From Chrysomallon squamiferum (Eukaryota; Animalia; Mollusca), in contig CM022671.1 in assembly GCA_012295275.1 (NCBI GenBank), forward strand, positions 33,604,001-33,668,000: 64,000 bases of DNA, given 5' to 3'. A program made the position numbers and the translations under genes. Positions 1-11,704 of this stretch are shown piece by piece. Positions within the stretch are counted from its first letter, which is position 1. Every line of letters starts with the position of its first letter. The notes under the pieces are model-generated. The model was not told the origin of the DNA, did not search any database, and saw only the letters and a list, made by a program, of their open reading frames with translations.

Positions 1-1505
1 TTACAAAACCATTTTATTTCTTTACATTCTTTGTCATTTATAAATAAATCTTTCTTATTTAAAAATATGTTACAAAAAAACTGGGGTGGTTTTTTTTGGG
101 GGGGTGGAATAGATTAATGGTATTTCAATTAATTTCAGTTGGGAAAAATGACTCAGCTAAGTAACAAATTAAACTCGCAAGTCAAAGTATCACTGTATTT
201 ATCTGGCCAAAACTTAAAATGAAATTTTATCCATATTCAAAAACAAGTTTATATGCACATATTACAAAAAAAAAAAAAAATAAAAATAAAAATACATTAA
301 ATATAAAAATGTTTCAGAAATAACTTCTTACAATAATTGGATTGAAAAAGACTAAACCCTAATACAAAAGTTTCTGTAGTGCTATTAACCATCACTAATC
401 TGGAATCCACTCATGATGTAACATAAATAATTGGTAAGCACATTATGCAAATATGGCAGAAATCAAAACAATTTATAATTTACAATGGATTCTGGTGTGC
501 AAAATTAATTATTAGCATCAGTCCTTCATAATTAATTATTAGTAATTATTCACAATAATCAAATGTTAAAATCTGATCTAAATTACAAAGGACCATTGAC
601 CGTTTTTTTTTCGGTGATTTGACATGGAATGACCCTAAGCTAAAAAAAAAATTAAGTATTAATAATAATAATAATAAATAAAAGATTCCATAATATAACA
701 TTCTTAATTTTTTTCAGATATTTAAAAAGTGAATAAATAATAATTTTACAAATGTCACTCAATCAATTCATTTTTATTTTATCACTTTTTAAACTATTTT
801 TTTCATTGATTACATTTCAAATCAATTATTAACTGAATTTAATGTATCAATAATCTTAAAATTTAAAAATATTTCTTTGATACATTTTATAATTTTTTAT
901 AGTACTGAAATGTAAATAATACTGAATTATATAAAGTACTAATCTTTCACTCTGGATCTTTTTACTTTTTTTTTTTTTTTTTTTTTGGAAACAGTTATTT
1001 TACCTTGCTGAAAGGTGGTAAATTTACACTGCCTAACAGAAACATTAGTTATATTTTAATAACTGCATTTAGTAATATTGCTGATTTTTATCAAATTTCT
1101 TGTCCAGTTTAGACAGAGGAAAAGGTAGGCCTATACGATATCGCGGTACTTAACTATTTGGAAGAAATAAAGAAATATACATACATATATGAAGGTAAAT
1201 ATACCTTCGCAAATTTTGCTATATCTGCATCATGTCCATTCCACTGTTAACAATTAAACGCAGTTAAAACATTAAAACAGTTTGTGAAACTACACCATAG
1301 GATTTGCTTCCGTTTAATGGAGGTTACCACTATATCGCGGTTAATCGTAAACTTTACAATGCGGTGGAGCGTACGGGTCAGACGTTTCACGTTTTGTACA
1401 CACATTCGGATAATATCTAGTAAACAAACTTCAACACAAGATCGAAGAAAAGTCAGCTTAAAATGTTTGGTTTTTTAATTGTAGTAACATATTAACATTT
1501 TCCAT

Positions 1506-1970
1506 ATAAAATCAGCATTCAGGCTACTAGCAGGGATTTCCAAGGGATTTCAATTTGTTAGGGTTTAAAATGGATGTCACAAAGTGGTTCCCATTGCAGA
1601 AATCCCAGCACTGTACTAATTTTTCTCGATATAGAAATAGATACAAATGACATGTTATAGCACCTACCTCTAAATAAATTGCTAGAATTAAGGCATCTCA
1701 TTGAGATTACTCTCTTGAAAAGAAAAACTACTTTAGAAAACATTGCAATCACTAATTAGGTACGTGAATTTTGCTTGCCAGGTGGTTAAACCAGGCCGGA
1801 CTTTTATTAGAGGGATGATTGATGCAACAACAGGAGGTACTAAGCGACATCACAATATCCGGGTTACACAAAGTATGAAGGCAGACTTGAACATATGGTT
1901 AGATTTTCTAGACCACTACAGTGGGATTACAGTCATGCCACAACATGTTTGGTCAAGCGGTAAACATTAG
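1506..1970 (+). mobile_element. Degenerate DIRS/Ngaro-type (tyrosine-recombinase retrotransposon) reverse transcriptase-RNase H fragment
   Basis: Broken frames read IKSAFRLL..PRDFNLLGFKMD, then VPIAE/PSTVLIFLDIEIDT..LPLNKL and QSLIRYVNFACQVVKPGRTFIRGMID..HHNIRVTQSMKADLNIWLDFLDHYSGIT (ORF 1743-1970). These motifs are typical of DIRS/Ngaro RT-RH. Frameshifts, an in-frame TAG and an internal deletion are present. Confidence 0.8.
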
Positions 1971-2000
1971 TGGGGATTTTGTTTGAAATGTAGAACATAC

Positions 2001-2785
2001 GTGTAGCAAAATCCCAAGTCAGGACAAATTGCTCTGTCACCACTCTTCAAGACATAGTCATCGCCGTACTCTTCTTGCAAATCGTAATTGTGTAGTTCTA
2101 GAGCCTTTCATGGAATATAACCATTTTTGTATAAATCCAGTAGTTTGTCCTTCACTTCCCTTGAGACATCTTTATACCGAATCGTATCGGCGGTAATGAT
2201 TGGATGATTGTGATTATGGTGTAGGATCACAACCAGCCGTATATCAGGTAGAAGTGTTCTGAAATATTTAAATTTTTAATTATTAAAAACATTTATGATC
2301 CATTCATAGAACATAAGTTACAAAATACATCACTGGCATGATTAGATTTCACTGCTGTTCTATCCTATCACGGTGACCTTTGATCTTTACATCTGTATGT
2401 ACATCTTTTTAAAATTAAAAATCAACAGAAAAATCTTTAAACTGAATAGATGTATATCAAGCCAATGTGGTCATAAATCCCCTATTTTTAGCTGAACTAA
2501 AAATAGTTCAGTTCAACGAAAAATAAGGTGGTTATGACAAACCTTATCTTGCCATGTGATTGGTTTTTGAAAAATGTAAAGGTAGTTTACAATATCAAAA
2601 TATCTATAATTTATCACTTTTTTTTGTCAACAAAACTGTTGTTTTTACCTTATGGTTCTTTTTTCATTTTCCTTTGGAATAGGATCTTTCAGTTTACAGA
2701 TGAACATCTGCAGCTTGGCTTTGTGATTACGTTCCTTTGCACTTTCTGCACTTTGCCGTGTATTTTGATGACAACGTAAATCAAC
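2001..2785 (-). pseudogene. Spliced Mutator(MULE)/SWIM-type transposase-related gene fragment, two exons, premature stop
   Basis: Exons 2785-2649 (VDLRCHQNTR...KRTI) and 2258-2001 (..VILHHNHNHPIITADTIRYKDVSREVKDKLLDLYKNGYIP*KALELHNYDLQEEYGDDYVLKSGDRAICPDLGFCY) have AG/GT ends and compatible phase (AG|A = Arg). In-frame TGA at 2108-2110. Family call rests on remembered RCxHNT / HNHP / DRxxCPD motifs. Confidence 0.55.
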
Positions 2786-2986
2786 CTGTAAAATAATACT
2801 ACAGAAAGAAAAGTGTAACAAGCAATAAAAACAATCGGCCAATATTGGACAAATTATTTTGCCTCTTAATTTCTATCCACATACTTTTTAATCCAGTTTG
2901 AAAAAGTGTCATTTCTAGGACTGGGCTCCACTCAGTTCATGCTTAGAGCAATACAATTTACTTCATTCTTTTTTGTTGCTCTAGGG

Positions 2987-3200
2987 CAGTCATGGGCAAA
3001 CGCGGCCCGCGCGGCTTTCTGAGTGGCCCGCCTAATTTCACAAGGAAAATAACGTTAATTCAAATTTTATACAATGAGTCTATTTTCTTCCTGAAGTAAC
3101 TGAAAATAAACTCTACGTAAAAACACAAAATCGCCTAAATTAATACCTGCGGCTCGCCTGGTCAGAAACAGGAATATAGCCCTTGAGACAACCAGACATC
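2987..3200 (+). mobile_element. hAT-Charlie-like non-autonomous element (left end; right end degraded)
   Basis: Begins CAGTCATGGGCAAACGCGGCCCGCG..TGGCCCGCC, resembling the Charlie/MER58-type terminus CAG.G.TGGGCAAACTACGGCCCGCG. Preceded by CTCTAGGG, similar to the NTCTAGAN target preference. Right boundary approximate. Confidence 0.45.
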
Positions 3201-3347
3201 AGGCAAAAATCCTGAAAACTATCATTCCTGCATTAACTGTCGTTAACAGTGTCGTTTATTAAAGGTATGTCGTTACCAAGCACGATATGAACTGTGCATT
3301 CTGCATACTTCATAAAAAACTAAAAGAAAAAGAAAATATAAAAAAGA

Positions 3348-3384
<37 letters not shown>

Positions 3385-4253
3385 TGTTTTCAAAGAAAAT
3401 AAACTTTAATTACTTAGATGTAATATAAATTACAATATTTTAAGCTTAATGAACGTTAATAAACCTTAACTTTTGTACATTATATTTTATATTCGACAAG
3501 TGAGCTGTTTCACAGCATACATGTAAATATCATGGATATTTATCTTTTGTTGAGGGAGTTAATGTAATCAGAATGTGATTAATATTATAACACTGTCATA
3601 GGGGAAAACTGAGTATAAACAATAAACAGAATAAAACACCCATTAAACTTTAAACAACAAATGGGTAAATAAACACTGGTTAAAAATTGCCAGCATGACA
3701 ATTAAACAGAAACAGACAATTTATAATCCGATCTACCAACACAATAAAAAATTGAATATGTAATAACCATAGCTGAAGTTTTATAAAACTTACGTAACCG
3801 ATTTAAAATAGTTTTAATAAAAGGTTGAGTAATGCAGATGTCAGACAGTCTACAGTAAAAATATTTCCAGTTTGTCCTTCTTACTCTCGAGGTCCACCGA
3901 CACCTTACTCCTTAGCTACATTCCACAGAAATAGCTCAAAAGCAAAATTAGAAAACAAATAGCAGAAAATACAAAGCTTTCTCTGTTATAATACCAATAT
4001 TTAGACAGTGTTTATTCAAATTTGTTGTTGTCTTATAAGTTTTAACAAATAAATGATATACTTAATTTAATATGAATACAATTTTCTGTAATAAAGGACA
4101 ACGTAATCAGTTTGGTGTTCAGAGTCCAAAAATAGCAGTCAAATTTCGCACGAAACGAAGATCTCGTGAGTAGTAAACAGAATAACGACACTGTGATTAT
4201 CTTTATTACGACAGACTTCAAACGACGTAACGAGAAGTAAACGACACTTTCCG

Positions 4254-4413
4254 CTAACAGTCGTAATGTTGTCGTTCGAGCCATTTTACGACGACTTCGG
4301 GAACATGGCCCCAGGTGTTGTTGGGTACGCAGTGTGCCAGCTGCTCGACTGAAATAATAACAATAACGGTGATGATGATGATGTTAACAGTCAATAATAA
4401 TAATAACAGTAAC

Positions 4414-4475
<62 letters not shown>

Positions 4476-4786
4476 TAATATTAATAATAATGATAATTGT
4501 GATAATGATGATAAAACAACAACATCAGCAGTATTTGCGGAAATCTAATAAGCCTAAGTTTTTTTCTTTCAAGAATTGCTTATCTACTGAATAAAATAAA
4601 TAAATAAATGATTAAATAAATAAATAAAGTTCAAATTTACGATATATTATTAACATTAAAATACGCTCTTTATTATTTCGATAAAAACGAACGTAATTTT
4701 TATGGCTTACGGTGACTGATATATTCAAAATATTTAGAAATTTTTGTTTGTACCTGTAGTATGAACCGTATGAACAATACGAGCAC

Positions 4787-4821
<35 letters not shown>

Positions 4822-5468
4822 TATGAATATGAACATAAATATAAAACAAAATCAATAAAACTAAAAAAAAAAAAAAAAAAAAAAAAAAACCCACTGCAAT
4901 TAATAAACAAGTAGTAGTAATAGTAGGGTAGAAGCAGTAGTAGTTTCAGTAACAATAGCAGTAGTTTAGGCATTAGTAGTAGTTCTAGTGTAAGCAGCAG
5001 TAGGTGCTGTAGTAGTAGTTGTAACAACTGTTGTAGTGATAATAAACTTAAATATGTAATTCAGTATATTTACTTTTCAATAGTCCATCACCATTCGGCA
5101 GTAAACGTCCACACAGAGGCTTTGACAGTGCACTGATCTTGAGACCATCACAAGTACAGTCTGTTCCACCACATTCCTCTATATCAAATAAAGAGAATCG
5201 CACTTCTACGTACTGAACATCGTTAGGAACTCGGATCGATCCTGCGGTCACGTTGGAATTAAATGGATAACTGGATGGATAATTCGGTGATGCAATTGAT
5301 CCTGTATTTTGACTGGCTGGAGTGTAGGCTAGATGTAATACAATTATTAATCGCAAGACCATTCATTATGCCAATTAAAGTTTTTTTTTTACTTTCTAGT
5401 TTTCTTTTCTTTTTTATTTTTGCATATCCTGAAACATATCAACATTTGCATAAAAATGTCATACACAC

Positions 5469-5554
<86 letters not shown>

Positions 5555-5559
5555 AGAGA

Positions 5560-5594
<35 letters not shown>

Positions 5595-6171
5595 ATTCCC
5601 ACTTTCACAAAAGAAAAAAACTAATACTCTTTATATATTAAGAAAAACAAAGAAAAAATTAAAAATATATCGTTTCTTACAAGCAGACATTCCAACAGAG
5701 ACAAAGGAAACATTAGCCTGAAATAAAAAACAAATTAAAATTAAAAAAAATGTCTCATTTTTCCTTTAATAAAAATTATATTAATTCTCTTTTTTATTTC
5801 AACACCTAGACTATTATAGGTAAAAACAGAACAAATCAGATTAAATTAAACAATATAAAATTCATTAATTCTCATTATTTTTTTCGCTCAGTATATATGC
5901 TGTCGATCAATATTCTGATACATCCGTCCACTTATCCATCCGTTTTTCCTTTTTTCATTTAACTGTCTGATTATTCATCCGAATTTACATGCATATACCC
6001 ATACAAATACATACAACCTTACATCCTGAAAACCCCCACTCTAAACTTGTTATAGTGATTTAATTTGTATAATAATTTCTTATTTTATGAATTTAAGTAC
6101 ATTTAAGTAATTACCTGTGTCTGTTTGGTTATTATGGTCAGAAAAACTACACAAACGATGAGTCGGTTCAT
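4254..6171 (-). CDS. Small secreted CUB-domain-containing protein (C-terminal exon uncertain)
   Basis: Exons 6171-6115 (MNRLIVCVVFLTIITKQTQ, signal-peptide-like), 5717-5681 and 5328-5074 (GSIASPNYPSSYP..VRFSLFDIE..CTCDGLKI..LCG, CUB hallmarks) join in phase via GT-AG. A phase-compatible candidate last exon 4348-4254 (IEQLAHCVPNNTWG...DC*) gives 147 aa but is not CUB-like. Confidence 0.7.
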
Positions 6172-6416
6172 CCTGAAAAGAAACGACTTTGTATGTTGTC
6201 TTGTGTGTTGCCATATATATATACAAAACAGGAGCAAAGAATGTTACCGGAATTATCGTGTTACTAGGCTGTAACTATTCTGAAGTTCTTTACTCTCTAT
6301 ATCACTAAGAATATAACGCTTATCTAAAAGAAAGTTTTCATATTTACATTTGATGCCACAAAAAGAACTTTTGTCTCACGGTTTGTTGTACGTGTATGTA
6401 GGTGTGTGTATGTGTG

Positions 6417-6470
<54 letters not shown>

Positions 6471-6933
6471 AACATAACATTAAAATCAACTACTGTTATA
6501 CGTTGTACCAAATTTCAAAACTAAAATTTCTATTTTCGGGCGGGGGAGAGGGTTATTGTCACTGGGTGTTTTTTTTCCCTCTTTTTTGGTGGTTCTTCTT
6601 CTTTTATTATTATTATTTTTTTTTTTTTTTTTAAGGAGATTGCACTTAATTTCTTCTTTTATTTGTTTTTTTTTTTACTAATTAACTTATAATCCACTTA
6701 TAAAATATTAGGGAATACAATTTTATACAATCTGATGCATCTGATTAATCATCTGTTTAGTAAGACACCTAATCAATATTGTTATTTAAAGCATCTTAAT
6801 CGTTTTCACCTTTCTACATAATATATTTTTAGTCAAAAGAACGCAAATGATAGTGCGCTTTACAAGAATTTAGTAAATAAAAACGGTTCGCTGTTATTTC
6901 CTGTAGAAATGTAACAAAGAATAAAAGCAATGG

Positions 6934-9900
6934 ATGAAGATGGCTGATCCGCTGCGTCGTCCTGAACAAATATCGCCAAAGTCGAGTCCCAGAGACCGAG
7001 GCTCGCGTTCACCGGCGTATGTTCCGCGACAAGACTCAACAGGAACCCTGAAGACTACAATTAGCCTGGGGAAAGTGCCCTCCGTAATCCATACGGGTCC
7101 ATTTTATCTCCTAAAAGATGTCCCCGGTAGGTTACTAGTATTACTATTAGTAATTTAGTACTAGTAGTAGTACAGTAATAATACAACTAACTATTAATAT
7201 AGTAATACTAGTCACTGAATAACTCAGACTACTGTCCTCTACTACAACTATACATAAATGATGATAGCATTTACTGTTTTAATTATTGTCATTTGTCACA
7301 TTTTGATTTATTAATTGCTTTTTATTACATTTTATGTACATGATGATGATGATGCACATTTAACATTAATAATAAAATGTAATTAGGAAATGTTTATGGT
7401 AATTGTTAAACATACTGTTACTTGTGTTAGTATTACGTTATTTCCCTAGATAAAACCTAAATAAAAAATAAAATTATGTTTTCTAATGTTTTATTTCAGA
7501 AAAGTCGGAAATCACAGGAAGTACAAACTTATTTCGGAGTCACGGACTGGAACATTCATACAGCAAGTTCTGTGGAAAAAAGGTTAAAGATGAACTTAGC
7601 TCATTCCTGCCTCACCTTCCAGGGAACATTGACGCCCCAGGAATTTCTGACAATAGGCAAGTTTATAATTTACTATTAAAATATTGATATAATATGTATA
7701 TATATTTATTAACAAATCGAGGCAAACATTTTCTTTTTCTGGGGTCGTTTTAATACTAGATTTACTACAGACCATTTTTAATAAACTGTTTGAAATTACA
7801 CAGTGGAATATAAATTATTTTGTATTCTTTTATTAAGTAGATCTCATAATTAAAACATAGTTGTTCTAACACCCAGTAACAGGTCATGATAAAAGAAAGA
7901 TATAATTAACAGCTTTAAAATGAAATTAACATGATTGGAATAACATAACCTGGATTTTCAATAAATATTATGTGTTAAAAAAAACATTTGTTGTAAATTT
8001 TATCATAATTAAGGTTGACAATATATTATCATAGATATTACAAATTTGTCACTTGTCTTTTTAACTTTTCAGTTTATTGCTTGCAATCTCTCATTGCAGC
8101 TCCTTGCGGTCACTCATTGAGAAGCCTCCCATCACCGGTAAAGAGCTGACGCCTCTCTCTGGCTCAGGACTCGCGGGCTTTCGACTTCACCCTGGCCCTG
8201 TAAGTCAGCTTTCCTAATTCACACACAATACTTCACCCTGTTAGTCAGCTTTCCTAATTCACACACAATACTTCACCCTGTTAGTCAGCTTTCCTAATTC
8301 ACACACAATACTTCACCCTGTTAGTCAGCTTTCCCCTGTTCACCCTGTTAGTCAGCTTTCCTAATTCATACACAGTACTTCATCCTGGCCCTGTAAGTCA
8401 GCTTTCCTAATTCTCACACAATACTTCACCCTGTAAGTCAGCTTTCCTAATTCTCACACAATACTTCATCCTGTAAGTCAGCTTTCCTAATTCACACACA
8501 ATACTTCACCCTGTAAGTCAGCTTTCCTAATTCACACACAGTACTTCACCCTGTAAGTCAGCTTTCCTAATTCACACACAATACTTCACCCTGTTAGTCA
8601 GCTTTCCTAATTCACACACAATACTTCACCCTGTTAGTCAGCTTTCCTAATTCACACACAATACTTCACCCTGTTAGTCAGCTTTCCTAATTCACACACA
8701 ATACTTCACCCTGTTAGTCAGCTTTCCTAATTCACACACAATACTTCACCCTGTTAGTCAGCTTTCCTAATTCATACACAGTACTTCATCCTGGCCCTGT
8801 AAGTCAGCTTTCCTAATTCACACACAATACTTCACCCTGTAAGTCAGCTTTCCTAATTCTCACACAATACTTCATCCTGTAAGTCAGCTTTCCTAATTCT
8901 CACACAATACTTCATCCTGTAAGTCACCTTTCCTAATTCATACACAGTACTTCATCCTGGCCCTGTAAGTCAGCTTTCCTAATTCACACACAATACTTCA
9001 CCCTGTAAGTCAGCTTTCCTAATTTACACACAATACTTCACCCTGTTAGTCAGCTTTCCTAATTCACACACCATACTTCACCCTGTTAGTCAGCTTTCCT
9101 AATTCACACACAATACTTCATCCTGTTAGTCAGCTTTCCTAATTCATACACAGTACTTCATCCTGGCCCTGTAAGTCAGCTTTCCTAATTCAAACACTTT
9201 CACCCTGTCAATTCCTAATTCACACACAATACTTCATCCTGTTAGTCAGCTTTCCTAATTCATACACAGTACTTCATCCTGGCCCTGTAAGTCAGCTTTC
9301 CTAATTCACACACAATACTTCACCCTGTAAGTCAGATTTCCTAATTCACACACAATACTTCATCCTGTAAGTCAGCTTTTTCACCCTGTAATTCAGCTTT
9401 TTCCTAATTTATACACAATACTTCACCCTGGTCCTGTAAGTCAGATTTCCTAATTCTCACACACTACTTCACCCTGTAAGTCAGCTTTCCTAATTCACAC
9501 ACAATACTTCATCCTGTAAGTCAGCTTTCCTAATTCACACACAATACTTCACCCTGTAAGTCAGCTTTCCTAATTTATACACAATACTTCACCCTGGTCC
9601 TGTAAGTCAGCTTTCCTAATTCTCACACACTACTTCACCCTGTAAGTCAGCTTTCCTAATTCACACACAATACTTCACCCTGGCCCTGTAAGTCAGCTTT
9701 CCTAATTCTCACACAATACTTCACCCTGGCCCTGTATGTCAGCTTTCCTAATTCACACACAATACTTCACCCTGTAAGTCAGCTTTCCTAATTCACACAC
9801 AATACTTCACCCTGGCCCTGTAAGTCAGCTTTCCTAATTCACACACAATACTTCATCCTGTAAGTCAGCTTTCCTAATTCACACACAATACTTCATCCTG

Positions 9901-11704
9901 GCCCTGTAAGTCAGCTTTCCTAATCCACACACAATACTTCATCCTGTAAGTCAGCTTTCCTAATTCACACACAATACTTCATCCTGTAAGTCAGCTTTCC
10001 TAATTCACACACACTACTTCACCCTGTAAGTCAGCTTTCCTAATTCACACACAATAAATTTTATAATTAACCTCAGAATATTTTTTTAATAGTTCAGTCA
10101 TTTTTATCATTTTAGTTTGTTTCTTATTTTTAAAATACTGTCTTTTTTTAAAGAAATATTTATGACTTGTATATTTTTATATTTATCAGTTCCTGACATT
10201 TAGAAGGTGGGAATGCTTTTCATAAATTGCTAAAAACTTTTTTGAATGACAGAAGTACAGCATAATGTTCAGTGCTCGTGTACATTTAGATGTAAATATT
10301 ATGGGTCCTTGCATATTATGATATTGAAACCTATCTCTATTAAAAGTAAACTAATATTATTGTTATCAAAGTTCTCTTGGGTAGTAATAATAGTTAAATG
10401 TTAATAACTGAGGATAACCACTAAACAAATATTTGTCCTGAGGTTGTTTTATTTATTTACTTTTCAGTTACCAGAGCAGTATCAAATGATGAATCAAATG
10501 ACACAGAAGAAGAAACACAAACACAAAAAGAAACACAAAGAAGGTGACAAAGGAAATACTCTTCAGGAAACACAAAGTGAGTATTCTCATGTTTTTTTAA
10601 TTATTCAGTAAAGTTTAATATATTGATACAATTCCCAATACAAATCGTTTTACGTTTGAATTGTTTCATAATGTGGTTCAGTCAATAAGTTTACCCCTTA
10701 CTGAAACAGATGTATAAACTTATATAATTAGAATTATTCTTTTTTTTTAATTAAGAAACTATACATTCACAAAACAATTTACAGGAATAACATTCATTAA
10801 TATAATTTTGTTCTAGTTTCTAAAATGGCATATATATCCACTTGACATGTTTTTAAATATGATATTCCCTAAGACTGTGATGGGTTCTTGCTTAGAGGTT
10901 AATAGTCCACCTCAGGAAACAGCAGTTGAGTGCATCTGTCCTTCTTTCTTCCTGCTTAGACACCATGGCTGGGGTATCAAATTTATGACTGTACTCTCAT
11001 TTCAATGGGAAGATTTCTTACATCAAAATAACTTCCTGCACCACTGATCAATAAGCAAACATTTATATATATGCATTGGTAATTTATTTTAAATTAGTAA
11101 AATACTCCTTGTGTTCATTAATAAATAATAATCTTCTTTTTTATTTTTTTTTGTGAAATGAATATTAAATAACTTGGACCTATTTTAATATTTTATCTAG
11201 CTGACAACACAGCAGATGCAGAAGCAAAGAAACACAAAAAGCCAAAGAAAGACGAAGAACAAAAAGATGCAAACAGTCGAAGGAAAAAGAGAAAGGATAA
11301 AAAAAAGAAAAAGGTTTGTACAGTATGGTTTCAGTTTTTATGGTCGAGTGGGCAAGAGGTTGCCACTATGATTTTTTGTAGCAGTTATCTATAACCAAAA
11401 CACATTTGATCTACATCTGGATAAGCGTTTTATTTGTTTTTGTGCAGTGTTTTTAATAAAAACAAATATTTTCAATGCTACAATACTTAAAATCATAAAT
11501 CTGGAATGAAAATTAGATAACATTTATCAACTTATTGTAATGCTATGTAAAAATAGTTGTACGTTGTAACCATTGAAAATTTATATATTTTATAAAGATA
11601 TTTCTACCTCTGTGAATGTTTATGAAGAATGTCTAATTGTATTTTGATTTGTTTTGCAGAAACACAGTCCAGAACACACATCCACTCATGGCGATACTGT
11701 ATGA
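6934..11704 (+). CDS. MED19: Mediator of RNA polymerase II transcription subunit 19
   Basis: Exons 6934-7126, 7500-7656, 8100-8199, 10468-10576, 11201-11313, 11660-11704 sum to 717 nt, 238 aa, open. Motifs GPFYLL, TGSTNL..HGLEHSYSKFCGKKVKDELSSFLPHLPG, DNSSLRSLIEKPP, LAGFRLHPGPLPEQY and a Lys-rich tail ending KHSPEH. Intron 2 is GC-AG. The start may be the ATG at 6940. Confidence 0.96.
8184..10055 (+). repeat. 40/46-bp minisatellite (~45 copies) starting inside MED19 exon 3 and filling most of intron 3
   Basis: Unit CTTCACCCT(GGCCCT)GTAAGTCAGCTTTCCTAATTCACACACAATA repeated in tandem with few variants (GTTAGT, CATCCT, CATACACAGT). Copy number estimated from length. Confidence 0.97.

Noticed and set aside
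590-640. GGTGATTTGACATGGAATGACCC, looks like a DNA-transposon terminus
   Set aside because: No partner inverted end was found in the window and I cannot assign a family.
4042-4284. 80-aa ORF MARTTTLRLL..
   Set aside because: No recognisable motif. It overlaps the candidate CUB last exon and 3' UTR in another frame.
2649-5074. CUB gene splicing directly into the MULE-like exons as a fusion
   Set aside because: The CUB exon ends in phase 1 and the 2785 exon starts in phase 0. The downstream exon also carries a stop.
8184-10055. CRISPR-like regular array
   Set aside because: Units are head-to-tail with no unique spacers, there are no cas genes, and the context is a eukaryotic intron. It is a minisatellite.
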